DNA from: Macrostomum lignano
Lineage: Eukaryota
Length of the DNA: 64,000 bases
Reading direction: 5' to 3'
NCBI GenBank assembly: GCA_002269645.1
Contig: NIVC01000630.1
Coordinates: 310,001 to 374,000, forward strand
Positions 24,506 through 58,625 of this stretch are shown piece by piece; the first letter of the stretch is position 1; every line of letters begins with the position of its first letter. Below the pieces are notes generated by a model, which had not been told where the DNA came from, did no database searches, and worked only from the letters and a program-made list of their open reading frames with translations. The translations under genes were made by a program, and so were the position numbers.

Positions 24506-25439
24506 ACAAGTTGTTTAAGTCAAATCTACTGAAGTACGGGGTTCGAATTTCTGTTCCGTTCTGCTCAGCCCTGCTTGGAGTTTCGCTTCTTTGACAAGCT
24601 TTATATGTAAAATTAATCGGATCGCTTGAACTTGTTTTCTATTTTTAGCTATTTGATGACTAATTTTAATTAGTACAGACTGGATATGCACTTACTGCTG
24701 CACTATTGTTAAATAAAATCACATTTTAAGCCTTCTCCGTTTTTTTATTGTAACCTTTGTTTCTATTTCTTCGCTTTGTCTTAGTTTAATAAGTTTTTAT
24801 TAATTACTGTATGTTGAGCCCATGTCCCACTTTTGTTTCAAGTCTGATAGTAATGCGAATCTTCTACTGTTAGTAGTACGTCTATATTAGTAAACTTGGG
24901 TTTCACTGTCTAGTTAGTTTGTTAAAAAATGTTTAAATTCTATCCATTTTTTTCCTAATCACCAAATTTTTGTATAGTATCTGTTTTTAATTAAAAAGAG
25001 CACTAATTTTAACGCCCAGCGAATGCTGCTTTTCTCCACTTTGAACTTGGCGCGTTTTTTATAATTTTCTATAAAATAAGTACTATTAAAGTACAATCAT
25101 TTTTCCCCTGCGCGCAAACCTTTCTGCCCAGTGATAATGCTGCCTTTTGTTTTATGATTACTTCTGTATATTATTGCCCAACATAATTATATCATCTAGT
25201 CTGTCTAATATTGTAATCATGTTTTTATAATGTACAAAAATTCTAGCATTTTAATATTAATGGGGAAAGTTAATTGTTATAGTTTTATCGATTATCAGCG
25301 AGGCTAAAGTGCGTTTGCACTTTTAGTATTGGCCTAGCAGAATTTATGTTAGCATTTGTGAAGTTGGGCCTCGAAACCATAGCCAGTTTAAAGCTATAAA
25401 CTAGATTGGGCCATAGACAGTTTAGAGTTTTAGACTCAA

Positions 25440-26000
25440 GATTAGGTCATAGACAATTAGGAGTTATAAACTGCAGATTGTGCCATAGACAGGAGTTATA
25501 AACTGCAGATTGGGCCATGGACAATTAGGAGTTATAAACTGCAGATTGTGCCATAGACAGGAGTTATAAACTGCAGATTGTGCCATAGACAGGAGTTATA
25601 AACTGCAGATTGTGCCATAGACAGGAGTTATAAACTGCAGACTGTGCCATAGACAGGAGTTATAAGCTGCAGATTGTGCCATAGACAGGAGTTATAAACT
25701 GCAGACTGTGCCATAGACAGGAGTTATAAACTGCAGATTGTGCCATAGACAGGAGTTATAAACTGCAGATTGTGCCATAGACAGGAGTTATAAACTGCAG
25801 ATTGTGCCATAGACAGGAGTTATAAACTGCAGATTGTGCCATAGACAGGAGTTATAAACTGCAGATTGTGCCATAGACAGGAGTTATAAACTGCAGATTG
25901 TGCCATAGACAGGAGTTATAAACTGCAGATTGTGCCATAGACAGGAGTTATAAACTGCAGATTGTGCCATAGACAGGAGTTATAAACTGTAGATTAGGCC
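25440..26000. repeat. 32-bp minisatellite, intergenic
   Basis: Unit GAGTTATAAACTGCAGATTGTGCCATAGACAG, near-perfect copies. Confidence 0.97.
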
Positions 26001-27931
26001 ATAAACATTGTAACTCATAAATTTAATAATCAGTTCCAGTTATTTTAATCAATAAAAGCCAGTTGTATTTTTAAACCAATCCCGTTTGAATTGCCCAATA
26101 CTTTTATTGTTTTATTTATCTAACTTTAAATGCATAGATAAGGTCGCTCCACACTTCACCCCATCTCCTCACCAGCCATTTTTACGCTACTATGCGATTG
26201 CTACACCAGTGCAAACCGCTTTTACGAGTTTTGTAGTTGTAGCTACCTGATTGCTGTGCCGTTACTTGTGTTATTATGAGCCTGCATCTTTGCCTGTCGG
26301 TTGCTATCCGTGCTATGTAGAATCAATGGATAAAACCGCTTTACCTCTTTACACGCAGGTTGATCTTCTCTATCAAATAATTTTCAGGATTTGACAATCG
26401 CAATATACTACTCATTGTATCCTTGTTGCATATTTTATACTGCTTATACCAGTGTAATTACAAATCGGTTATTAATTTGCTGGAAAGTAGAAAGAAATGC
26501 TTTTTAATTTCTCTTGTAATTTAAAATGTTTTTTCAACGTGGAAAAGTCGATAGGGTCCAATGATTTCACTACTAGTAATAAAATAAGAATAGTTGTAAC
26601 TTAATTTATGACTGGCTATTATATTAATAGATAGTATTTAGTTTTTTTCGTCAACTCGGGGTGTGAAACAAGTGATTAAATTGTATAAATCCTTTGAAAT
26701 ATAATCTTATCTTTTTCTGTTCATTTGGCGCGACCGAGCAATCTCAGTGACTCAAACCCTGCTAGTAAAAACTTGGATACTACGAGCAAACTACTACTTG
26801 CAGTAGTAGATTATGTTTAGATTGTAGCTCTTGGATTCTATTGTACTTCAAGTTGCTTCCCTGTTTAATTTCTCTGTTCCCGCTTTTCTTTTGTGTGTGG
26901 CTGTGTGCGGCGCGCTTGCATAGGCTACAGAAAACGAACTAGGGATAGGGACCCTCTGAAGACTGAACTCTTCCTGTGCATCGACTGTCTTGGAATTTAA
27001 TAGCGTTTTTAATATTATTCGTATTTTAACTAGTCGTTAGATTGAAAGCTGAGACTGTTTAAGATATAGTAACAGGAGAATACCTGTTGAAGAGACCCAG
27101 TTCATACACATATTTGCTACGCCAATGCAATTTTCTTACCCCGTTCTATTCGATACTGTACATGTATGTGTGCTTTGTCAAATCATACAAATTTTCTGTT
27201 TATATATCTCTGCATAAGCTTGTGTATACAATGATATAAATATATTGTGCTTGTTTAACTCTGATTGCATGGTTTCTCACGCAGCAAATTTCTAACACGG
27301 CAAAAATTAAAATTGATGCTATAGTTTTCAGTCATTTCTTTCAACGTACGCAGTACGAACAACGTACGATGGTACGAGTGATGCTGTCTAATTTTGCCAA
27401 GAATTATACGGGCCTAGAATCATGAGTAAAATGTACAGATTTATAAAACGCATTAATTAATATTGTATCTACAAGAAAAGTTGAAATACGTACATTCCGA
27501 GTAGTCAATAGACCACTGCTATATTGATCAGATATTTGTCGTAGTTTGTTCTTACTTACGAAAGCGTGCTGCAAAAGAATCTTTTTTATTTTTATTTGCT
27601 AAACATATAAAAAGTTATTGTTATTTATGTCCTTCTAAGTTGACATTATTTTTGTTTTATCTGTTTAAGCGTTTATGCTGCATTTCGACTTTACAATTTT
27701 TTATCATTTTTCTTAATAAATAATTTTTCATAGTCATTTATTTTGCCTTTTTCGGCTTTTTGTAGCTAAGTGAAATTTTAAGTAATTGTTTTATATAATA
27801 TCGTATTGTATTAGTAATTTAAATCAATTTTATTCTGCTTCTAATTACGGTGGTTTATTTAGTAAATTTTCTTGCTTTTGTAAATTAAAATGAAAATTAT
27901 GACGGAAATCCTTTGACAGTCATGCGCAACT

Positions 27932-48721
<20,790 letters not shown>

Positions 48722-49454
48722 TCAACATTGACGAGCCTTCGAATACCCCAGACGAATACAAGACCAACAATTTTGTTGCTTTTACTTGTAACTGAACAAC
48801 TTAAACACTAATTGTTATTACCAAGTCAACAAGCTAATTTGCAATGCGTTTTTGCAGCTGATATTAATAAGTTTTGCATTGGACAGACCTTGTTATACTT
48901 TAAAATCTTTTTGTTTATCTTTTTGAATCTCTAGTCAAGTGGCCGGAGCTGTGATAGCTGTGTTTGCTATTTCGTCCAATTTAAGTCCTTAATACTTCAA
49001 TCTTCTCTTATCCCAATAACGTTTTACCCAACGATATGTACATCCTAAAATGTATTAGCCTGCGCTTGAGTACCGTTTGTTCCTAAATGTATTATAATTT
49101 TTTGCACTGTCTAAAGAGTTTAACATGTCCTTTTTTAACTACTAATAGATTGATAGAGACATTTTACAATTATTTCGTTGAACAATTGTTGTTGAAAAAT
49201 CTCAGTCACATTTGTTTATATTGATTATTTATGTGATATAAATGTACGCCGATATTATTAATGGATTTTTAGACTAAATGTACTTTTGAAAATGTGAGTT
49301 CATTTATTATATTACCTCAGCTGTTTACGCGCTGCTCTTGTCTGTTATAAATTCTATCTGGTCACGTTTCTATTCGCACTTTTACTATTGTGTGCAACGT
49401 TTTGCCATTTTGTTTCAGGTTAACTTCGGATTAAATAGTCTCGTGCATTCTGAG

Positions 49455-50183
49455 TATTTATTATAGGGTTTAGTTTATTCTGGGTGTTTATTATAGGGTT
49501 TAGTTTATTCTGGGTGTTTATTATAGGGTTTAGTTTATTCTGGGTGTTTATTATAGGGTATAGTTTATTCTGGGTGTTTATTATAGGGTTTAGTTTATTC
49601 TGCCTGTTTATTATAGGGTTTAGTTTATTCTGGGTGTTTATTATAGGGTTTATTTTATTCTGGGTGTTTATTCTAGGGTTTAATTTATTTTAAGTGTTTA
49701 TTATAGGGTTTCGTTTTTTGTGGGTTTCCTGGGTGTTACGGGAAAATCGGGTGTTTATTCTGGGGTTTAGTTAGTTTATTTTGGGTGTTTATTCTAGGCT
49801 TTATTTAGTGTACTCAGTGTGTTTATTCTAGGGTTTAGTTAGTTTATTCTGAGTGTTTATTCTGGGTGTTTATTCTAGGGTTTAGTTTATTCTGGGTGTT
49901 TATTCTAGGGTTTAATTTATTTTAAGTGTTTGTTTATTATAAGGTTTCGTTTTCTGTGGGTTTCCTGGGTGTTACGGGGAAATCGGTTGTTTATTCTGGG
50001 GTTTAGTTAGTTTATTTTGGGTGTTTATTCTAGGGTTTATTTAGTATACTCAGTGTGTTTATTCTAGGGTTTAGATAGTTTATTCTGAATGTTTTTTCTG
50101 GGTGTTTATTCTAGGGTTTAGTTTATTCTGGGTGTTTTTTTAAGGTTTAGTTTATTCTGGGTGTTTTTTCTAAGGTTTAGTTT
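49455..50183. repeat. 30-bp T/G-rich minisatellite with degenerate blocks, between the BRSK and GLIS 3' ends
   Basis: Unit TAGTTTATTCTGGGTGTTTATTATAGGGTT. Confidence 0.9.
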
Positions 50184-50964
50184 ATTCTCTTGGGGATTAG
50201 CATGCACCAGTTTTCAATATAAATCAGCACTTATTGTTGTTAATTTATTATTCATGGCTGATTTAAACAGTCCCTGCCCGTTGTCAATGCACCCCATTCT
50301 AGACAAGACGCCCCCTTGCAATCTGTGCATCAACAAAGCCAACAAAAAATGCGTAAGATTTAATTCTACTCTATGACACAAATCATATTGTCGAATGTTT
50401 TTTGCACTACTTGCGTCTTGCGTATAGTCTAGAACAGTAGTCTATACCGTATGTTGTTAGAATTTCTTTGCGCGCTATGACTAAAAGAATCCTTAGAATG
50501 CGAAAGAAATGTTCATTTTTGACGGCATATTTCTGCTCGTTAAAGTGTGTAATCCGGTTTCTAATAATTGCGATTACAATCTTGTTTTTGTGTACTTTTA
50601 AATTTGAATAGTAGTATATTCAGTTTAATAACAATTTAGCTGCGTATGATAAACCTTAAAAATGTACGTAAGTTATGCAAATAAAAACGATGCGATATGT
50701 TGGGTTTTTTGTAAGTATCGAACTGTGCGTGATTTGTACTTCAATGCGGTTTTCTCTGTCTGATGCATTTTTACTGACGAATGGTGGAGAGAGTAAGTGA
50801 AGCAATTTAAATAAAACGAAACTGTTAATTCAAATTCACTTGGCAACCTGCAGAATGCGTCTGTACGATATGTTTGTTTTTTTCTAAAGTCTTGCGTTAA
50901 TTTAAATGCACCGTGGTTTGTTTGATGACTTCTTTATTATTTTCCCGTGACGCACTCAGCCCTC

Positions 50965-51445
50965 TTGAGGGTCACTCCTAGCCTTCACTGAGAGTCACTC
51001 CTAGGCTTCACTGAGAGTCACTCCCTTAGCCTCCACTGAGAGTCACTTCAATTGGCTTACCATGAGAGTCACTCCCTTAGCCTACAATGAGAGAGTCACT
51101 CCCTCAGACTATCATGAGAGTCACTCCCTTAGCCTACAATGAGAGAGTCACTCCCTCAGACTATCATGAGAGTCACTCCCTTAGCCTCCCATATGAGAGT
51201 CATTCTTTTAGCCTACCATGAGAGAGTCACTCCTTAGCCTACGAGTACCATAAGAGATCACTCCTTAGCTGACCATAAGAGAGTCACTCCTTAGCTGACC
51301 ATGAGAGAGTCACTCCTTAGCCTACGAGTACCATAAGAGATCACTCCTTAGCTGACCATAAGAGAGTCACTCCTTAGCTGACCATAAGAGAGTCACTCCT
51401 TAGCATACGATGAGAGAGTCACTCCCTTAGCCTTTAGACTCACTC
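50965..51445. repeat. ~26-33-bp degenerate minisatellite with GAGTCACTC core
   Basis: Repeated GAGAGTCACTCC(C)TTAGC(C/T). Confidence 0.88.
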
Positions 51446-51727
51446 CTTTTGCCTTCATCAAAGTGAATTAGTTCATTTTATTGTATTTGAGATTGATAGT
51501 ATATTTTTAAAAAACGACGTGCGTGTATCGTGCTACTTATTCTAGTAGCATGCTAAGTGTATCCATGTGATAAATACCATGTGGTATCGCCTATCGCCAA
51601 TCAACCGATACAGTTTGACGAACTACTGATCCAGTAGAATTTTCACTTGCAAGTATCTCTATTGCTAACTAGCTACTTAGAGTAACACAGACGACATTTT
51701 TGCAGACGAAAGTGGAGAACTATTCAG

Positions 51728-54700
51728 TCAAAACAAATCAGCTGACCCAACGATTTCGCCGTCTCCAAAAGCGCAAGGCAGGGGCGGTAGGATCTCGTGC
51801 TGATCTATTGGAAGGTCAGTTGCCATGACAACAGTATTGCTATTGCTGCTGTTGCTGCTGCTGCTACTGCCGAAGCACTCTAAAGCATTGCCAATGTGGC
51901 AGCGACTGTGCTTCCTGAGCGAACTGGGATCTGTGTAGCGCTTCTGGCAGCCGGCAATTTCGCAGATGTACGGCTTCTGGAGACGGGTTGGGTGTTAGGG
52001 AAAAGTACATTGACCTAAATACAGATTCCTTATAAGGCTTTTTTAGATTCTTATTATGTTTATTAGGTCTTTATTAGGCTTATTATATAGGTCCTTATTG
52101 GTACTTTTAGGTCGTATTTGGTTCTTACAATAGACTTATTACGAGCTAGGTCCTTATTAAGATTGGCTTAATGTATATATAATACTAGATTAGATAATAA
52201 TATAGTTTATCAGGTCCTTGTTAGGCTTCTTTATTAGACTTACTAGGCTCTTATTAAGTTTATTTGGTCTCCGTTAGGCTTTATAGGTCCTATTAGGTCC
52301 TATTAGGTCCTTATTAGGCTTATTAGGTCTCAATTTCAATAACGCACAACTCTTAAAAGAGTGAGTTACATGTACGCTCGCACACGATTTCAAGAGTCGG
52401 TTTTCGACGTGAATTAGCTTTCTATTCGAAAAGAAGCGCTGAAATACACGTACAAGATGAGAATGTTATATTTTAACTGTTGCAACTGACAGACCTCATC
52501 ACAGTGAGTCCTCTGGTGCTTGGCCCTGTCAGACGAGTTGCTAAACGCTCTGTCGCAGGCCGGGAAACCGCAGGCGTAAGGACGCTCGCCAGTGTGGGAA
52601 CGAAAATGAATCTTCAGATTCTCCAGGCGGGAGAAAGCCTAGCGTTGATGGAGAATGGAGAGGCTGTGATCAGTTTACTGCAGAGCCTGTCGCTCTGATA
52701 CAAAAAAGCTTTACTCATTTATTAGAGGCAGGGGGCGCTGTGTGCACCCGGGCTCACTTTAAGCGACATTGTCACAGAACTGGCAAGAGGCATCACTGCC
52801 CACTCTACCGACTCCCCTGAGCAGGCACACAATTACGACGCAGTCATACGCACAGGCACTCACCTGTAGCTTAGGGGTCAGAGCGTCGCGGACTCACGAC
52901 TTGAAGGTCGGGGGTTCGATTCCCGATCCCACTGGAACAATTTGTGTCCTTGAGCAAGACACTTAACTCTGCATTTCTTCAGTTCACTCAGCTGTAAAAT
53001 GGGGTTAGCCCAGCATTAGCTGGGGTAATTGAGGCTGTGTGGGGCGACCCCTCAGTCCTTGGACTGAACAGCCGTACGCAGCTATCAGATTCGCACCGCA
53101 ATAGCAATGGGGCAGGTGTAATTATTATTATTATTATTATTACAATACACACAAAGAAGGAGTGTACAGCGTTAATTGCACGAGCAGAGCCAAGCCGAGA
53201 TTCCAGTTTAGCCCCAAAATTAATGCGACTGCACTTGGAATCGAGCCTGGGCCGCTGGCACACCAGAGCGTCATGCACTCTTGGCCACGGTACACCCTTG
53301 CACCCACCTTGCCGCACCCAGGATGAGGGCAGGTGTTCGGCCGCTCTCCGCTGTGCACTCGCATATGGATTAGCAGTTTGTATCTCGCATTGAAAGGCCT
53401 TCGCTTCCTTGCGCAGCCATTCCAGAAGCAGGTGTACTCGTCGTTCAAAGAGCGTCGGTCGATATGCAGTCGCTCAATGTGAGCCACCAGCTGACTGACC
53501 TCGGGGAATCGCTGGAATGTGCGGTCATTGTTCCAACGCTAATATCTGGTCAAATCTGGTCCTATCTTAGAGATGTCAGGAGCTCTGATTGTGGGGTGTC
53601 AGGAGCTCTGATTTTGGGGTGTCAGGAGCTCTGATTTTGGGGTGTCAGGAGCTCCGATTTTAGAGATGTCAGAAGCTCCGTTTGTGGGGCGTCAGGAGCT
53701 CCGATTGTGAAGAATCAGTAGCTCTAGGGTGTCAGAAGCTCCGATTTTGGGGTGTCAGTAGCTCTGCTTCTAGGGTGTCAGGAGCTCCGATTTTGGGGTG
53801 TCAGTAGCTCTGCTTCTAGGGTGTCAGGAGCTCCGATTTTGGGGTGTCAGTGGCTCCGATTTTAGGGTGTCAGTAGCTCCGATTGAGGGGTGTCAGGAGC
53901 TCCGATTTTAGGGTGTCAGGAGCTCCGATTGTGGGGTGTCAGGAGCTCCGATTTTAGGGTGTCAGGAGCTCCGATTGAGGGGTGTCAGGAGCTCCGATTG
54001 TGGGGTGTCAGGAGCTCCGATAGTGGGGTGTCAGGAGCTCCGATTTTAGGGTGTCAGGAGCTCCGATTGAGGGGTGTCAGGAGCTCCGATTGTGGGGTGT
54101 CAGGAGCTCCGATTTTAGGGTGTCAGGAGCTCCGATTGTGGGGTGTCAGGAGCTCCGATTGTGGGGTGTCAGGAGCTCTGATTTTAAGGGGTGTCAGGAG
54201 CTCCGATTGTGGGGTGTCAGGAGCTCCGATTGTGGGGTGTCAGGAGCTCTGATTTTAGCGGTGTCAGGAGCTCTGATTTTAAGGGGTGTCAGGAGCTCTG
54301 ATTTTAAGGGGTGTCAGGAGCTCTGACTTTAGCGGTGTCAGGAGCTCCGATTTTAGGGGTGTCAGGAACTTCGAATTTAGGGTGTCAGGAGCTTTGATTT
54401 TAGCGGTGTAAGGAGCTCCGATTGTGGGGTTTCAGACAATATAAAATCTAAATTTAACAAACCATGGAACAGCCAATCCAGCGACACTGATAAGCTGATG
54501 AGGCTGGCTCCGCCGGTCCAGCTGCAGGTCCTGCTACACTACTATCAATAGTTGCTACATCGGGTGACGCCATCTCCCACAATGACGCATGACCAGCAGC
54601 AGGAGGTGCCGGTTCGTCTAATTCGGCAAGCAGATCGGATAAAAGTTGAGTTTGCTGATGCTGCTGAGAGTTGAGCTCATCATCTGCGCTGCTCAGCTGG

Positions 54701-54924
54701 GTCAGCAAGCGGTCACAGTTAAACTGCTGCTGCTGCTGCACGTGTTCATAGTGCAGGTTTTCCACCCTCGGCGCATCCCAATCGGACATCAGTGACGTCA
54801 TCGATTGCGACTCGAAATCAAAGCCAAACTCGGCGGACATCAGGCTGGCCTGAAGCGGGTCCAGCTGGTAACTGCAGACCTGCTCCTGGGGCTGCCGACC
54901 GTCTGCGGAATCTGGCGGATCCAT
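51728..54924 (-). CDS. GLIS1/3: GLIS1/3 (lame duck-like) five-C2H2 zinc-finger transcription factor, at least 352 aa
   Basis: Exons 54924-54463, 53511-53308, 52638-52495, 51976-51728, all phase 0. Spliced product contains CRWIGCSM|[61 protein letters not shown] and [12 protein letters not shown]; [10 protein letters not shown] is diagnostic of GLIS1/3 rather than GLI or GLIS2. Upstream exons are possible. Confidence 0.93.
52020..52330. repeat. Degenerate AT-rich TTATTAGG repeat, GLIS intron 3
   Basis: Recurrent TTATTAGG(T/C)C. Confidence 0.7.
52855..53144 (+). mobile_element. tRNA-derived CORE-SINE (MIR-like core), antisense within GLIS intron 2
   Basis: A box TAGCTTAGGGG and B box GGTTCGATTCC; core TGTGTCCTTGAGCAAGACACTTAAC...CTGTAAAATGGG matches the MIR/CORE consensus as I recall it; (ATT)n tail; probable 9-bp TSD ATACGCACA (52846) / ATACACACA (53145). 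Confidence 0.85.
53572..54430. repeat. 23-bp minisatellite, GLIS intron 1
   Basis: Unit ~TGTCAGGAGCTCCGATT(TTA/GTG)GGG. Confidence 0.95.
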
Positions 54925-54959
54925 CAGTCTGACGGAGGGACGGCTACTCCAGCAGGCAA

Positions 54960-55535
54960 TTCTTCTGGCGATTCTTCTGGAGATTCAGAGGCGATTCTTC
55001 TGGAGATTCAGAGGCGATTCTTCTGGCGATTTAGAGGCGATTCTTCTGGCGATTCAGAGGCGATTCTTCTGAAGATTCTTCTTGCGATTCTTCTGGCGAT
55101 TCAGAGGCGATTCTTCTGGAGATTCAGAGGCGCTTCTTCTGGAGATTCAGAGGCGCTTCTTCTGGAGATTCAGAGGCGATTCTTCTGGAGATTCAGAGGC
55201 GATTCTTCTGGCGATTTAGAGGCGGTTCTTCTGGAGATTCAGAGGCGATTCTTCTGGCGATTCAGAGGCGATTCTTTTGGAGATTCAGAGGCGATTCTTT
55301 TGGAGATTCAGAGGCGATTCTTTTGGAGATTCAGAGGCGGTTCTTCTGGCGATTTAGAGGCGGTTCTTCTGGAGATTCAGAGGCGATTCTTCTGGCGATT
55401 CAGAGGCGATTCTTTTGGAGATTCAGAGGCGATTCTTCTGGAGATTCAGAGGCGCTTCTTCTGGAGATTCAGAGGCGATTCTTCTGGAGATTCAGAGGCG
55501 ATTCTTTTGGAGATTCAGAGGCGGTTCTTCTGGCG
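54960..55535. repeat. 23-bp minisatellite just upstream of the first GLIS coding exon
   Basis: Unit GGAGATTCAGAGGCGATTCTTCT. Confidence 0.95.
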
Positions 55536-56144
55536 GTTCGGAGTCTAGTCTCACTCGATTTTAAGGCAGTTTTGCTGGGTATTTCGAGTAGATTCTCAAA
55601 GCACATGAATTATGGTCAAACGAAACTGCATACATGTAGCAGGAATTCCGATTTGACTTGCACCGGTGGATCAGCTACCAGAGGCTACCGAAACTCAGAG
55701 CTTGCATGCAACAATTTATACCAGTTACATGTAGCACCCACTCCTCAATCAAGCTTGGAATGAAACTTGATATCGTTCTAGTCGTCAGCTCAGGAAGATC
55801 AAGATAAAGCAAGCAACTCAATTACCATTCACTCGCCAGCTGCTTAACAATTATCGCGAACCAATCACAGTGAGAGCAATCGTATCCAGACAATTGAACA
55901 ACGCAAAATCAATTGATTTTGATATCGACTCATGGCGACATTGTGGAAACTTGAGCACACGGAAATCTGATCTTCACATCTGATACTACACTGGCGTATG
56001 CGCGGCATTAGGGTTAAAAATTTAGTAATTGGGAAAATATTAAAATTTTCACTGCCCGTACGAATTTGGCCATGAAAATACGACTCGTATATATTACTCG
56101 TGAAGCACTTCATTGGCACTGACATATATTGTTAGTCAAGTTGT

Positions 56145-56566
56145 CACTGACAGCCAGTTAAATTGTCGCTGACAGTCAAATTGTCACTGACAGCCAGTCA
56201 AATTGTCACTGACAGCCAGTCAAATTGTCACTGACAGCCAGTCAAATTGTCACTGACAGCCAGTCAAATTGTCACTGACAGCCAGTCAAATTGTCACTGA
56301 CAGCCAGTCAAATTGTCACTGACAGCCAGTCAAATTGTCACTGACAGCCAGTCAAATTGTCACTGACAGCCAGTCAAATTGTCACTGACAGCCAGTCAAA
56401 TTGTCACTGACAGCCAGTCAAATTGTCACTGACAGCCAGTCAAATTGTCACTGACAGCCAGTCAAATTGTCACTGACAGCCAGTCAAATTGTCACTGACA
56501 GCCAGTCAAATTGTCACTGACAGCCAGTCAAATTGTCACTGACAGCCAGTCAAATTGTCACTGACA
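56145..56566. repeat. 22-bp perfect minisatellite
   Basis: Unit CAAATTGTCACTGACAGCCAGT, ~19 copies. Confidence 0.97.
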
Positions 56567-57429
56567 ATTGGGTCAGTTGACTTTTTAACAGAAAAGCACA
56601 ATAGAGTCGAGAAGACATCGCCACTGAATATTGGTTTTGACTATGAAATATTCATATGATTCGGTCGATTTAAAATCAAACACGTGGGTTACTTTTGCAT
56701 GTCTATATTTATTGAAACAAAACCACCAAATTTTATCGTTTTAAATTTTCGGCAATTGAGAACAAAAGAATGAAGAAAATTCTGTTAATATAAACACCCA
56801 TGAATCGTAGATGAAATCACGCTAATAATGCTACTTTCAGTAGAAATAACAGTTTATATATGAATAGTAGTAGCAGCAGCAATCAGATATTATTACATTT
56901 GAGGCAACAATATTAGTTGAATAAAAATGATAGATTATTTACAATTGCAAAATTGGCTGCTGAAAACGGGAACAATTGATGGGGCGATTGGGATGCACAG
57001 TGATCCTAATAGGATCATTTTTAAATATTAATTTTTAATAGAAGTTATTATACTGGCTTGCAACACTCGAAACAATTCATATCATATACTACTAAGTGCA
57101 GTAATACAGTAGCATGACGCTATATAGAAAATAATATATAAATATATTTCAGGCGAAAGGGGCAACGAAGAAGCGGAGCACGTTTGCAACTATTTAAAGA
57201 ATTTAATGTTCATTTCTACATTTTTGCGTTAAAAAAACAACAAAATCAGAAGAATAAAGGGTTTTACAATTGCAAACTCTAAATATTCTAGGCAAAGTTT
57301 TTTAAAGTATGTTCTTATTTATTGGTATTGATGATTTTAATGAAAAATTTATTAATTATTAATGATAGTTTTACATATGCAACAATATATACTGAAAGCC
57401 AACCCTGCTGGGTTATCCGAATGGACCCA

Positions 57430-57875
57430 ATTAGACTACTAGATATAACTTAATTAGACTATTAGATATAACTTAATTAGACTATTAGATTTACCCTAAT
57501 TAGACTATTAGATATAACTTAATTAGACTATTAGATTTAACCTAATTAGACTATTAGATTTAACCTAATTAGACTATTAGATTTACCCTAATTAGACTAT
57601 TAGATTTAACCTAATTAGACTATTAGATTTAACCTAATTAGACTATTAGATTTACCCTAATTAGACTATTAGATTTAACCTAATTAGACTATTAGATTTA
57701 ACCTAATTAGACTACTAGATATAACTTAATTAGACTACTAGATTTAACCTAATTAGACTACTAGATTTAACCTAATTAGACTATTAGATTTAACCTTATT
57801 AGACTATTAGATTTAACCTAATTGGGCTACCAGACTCAACCTAATTAGGTTTCCAGATTTAATCTAATTAGGCTA
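57430..57875. repeat. 23-bp AT-rich minisatellite
   Basis: Unit CCTAATTAGACTATTAGATTTAA. Confidence 0.95.
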
Positions 57876-58529
57876 CCAGATTAGGCTATAAAATCATTAA
57901 ATGTAACTAATTCTTGTGGCTACATGATTAAAAACAAAATAACCAGACTAAAATAAAATGAAGTTACAGTTCCCCAGCGAGTTGGCCTAAGAGAGATCAA
58001 TGGGTCACTAATCAACAATATGCACGCAATACCGAGTAAACTACAAATAGAAAACAATACAATCAGTATATATAACAAATTATTATTATTTAATAGTTAA
58101 TAGCTGCAAAAACGGATGAAACATGAATTTTCATATGCCAACCATTATAAAGCAATTAGTACAACTAATAGCATTAATAATAAAATATAAAGCAGTAGTT
58201 AATGAATTGTTTACTGACATTAAAATCCATTTGCAAGCTACTCAAACACAACAATGAAAATTAGTTAACATATTAGAGAACGAGACAGACAGAAACTTTA
58301 AACAGTATTTTTTGTAAGGCCTGTCGTAAACTATTCAGTTTTAGATTTATTATAGTTAGATAGTTTATACATAATGAAACCAAAAAGCGAACTAATAATG
58401 GAAGTGAGTATATAGTTATGCACAGACACTGCACAGGGAATATTATATGATTTTTCAATACAGTGCACACGGTGCAGGGCAGATGTTTGCTTAAATAGAA
58501 AAACAATAGATCAAATTGTTATTGGGTAG

Positions 58530-58625
58530 ACTCAGCTATCGCTTGAGTAGACTCAGCTATCGCTTGAGTAGACTCAGCTATCGTTTTATTTGACTCAGCT
58601 ACAATTCAGTAGACTTAGCTACAAT
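58530..58625. repeat. Short 21-bp tandem repeat
   Basis: GACTCAGCTATCGCTTGAGTA x2-3 plus degenerate copies. Confidence 0.75.

Noticed and set aside
18190-26000. Regular direct repeats resembling CRISPR arrays
   Set aside because: No unique spacers, no cas genes, and a eukaryotic intron/intergenic context.
49455-50183. Telomere-like AGGGTTTAG motif
   Set aside because: It occurs once per 30-bp unit, never as tandem TTAGGG or TTTAGGG.
52725-52742. CAGGGGGCGCTG CTCF-like site
   Set aside because: A single partial match lacking the 5' half; no supporting context.
50965-57875. Short palindromes in many repeat units (GAGTCACTC, GGAGCTCC, TGTCACTGACA, CTAATTAG) as a shared amplification signal
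   Set aside because: Short palindromes are expected by chance in 20-40-bp units; enrichment cannot be shown without a shuffle test.
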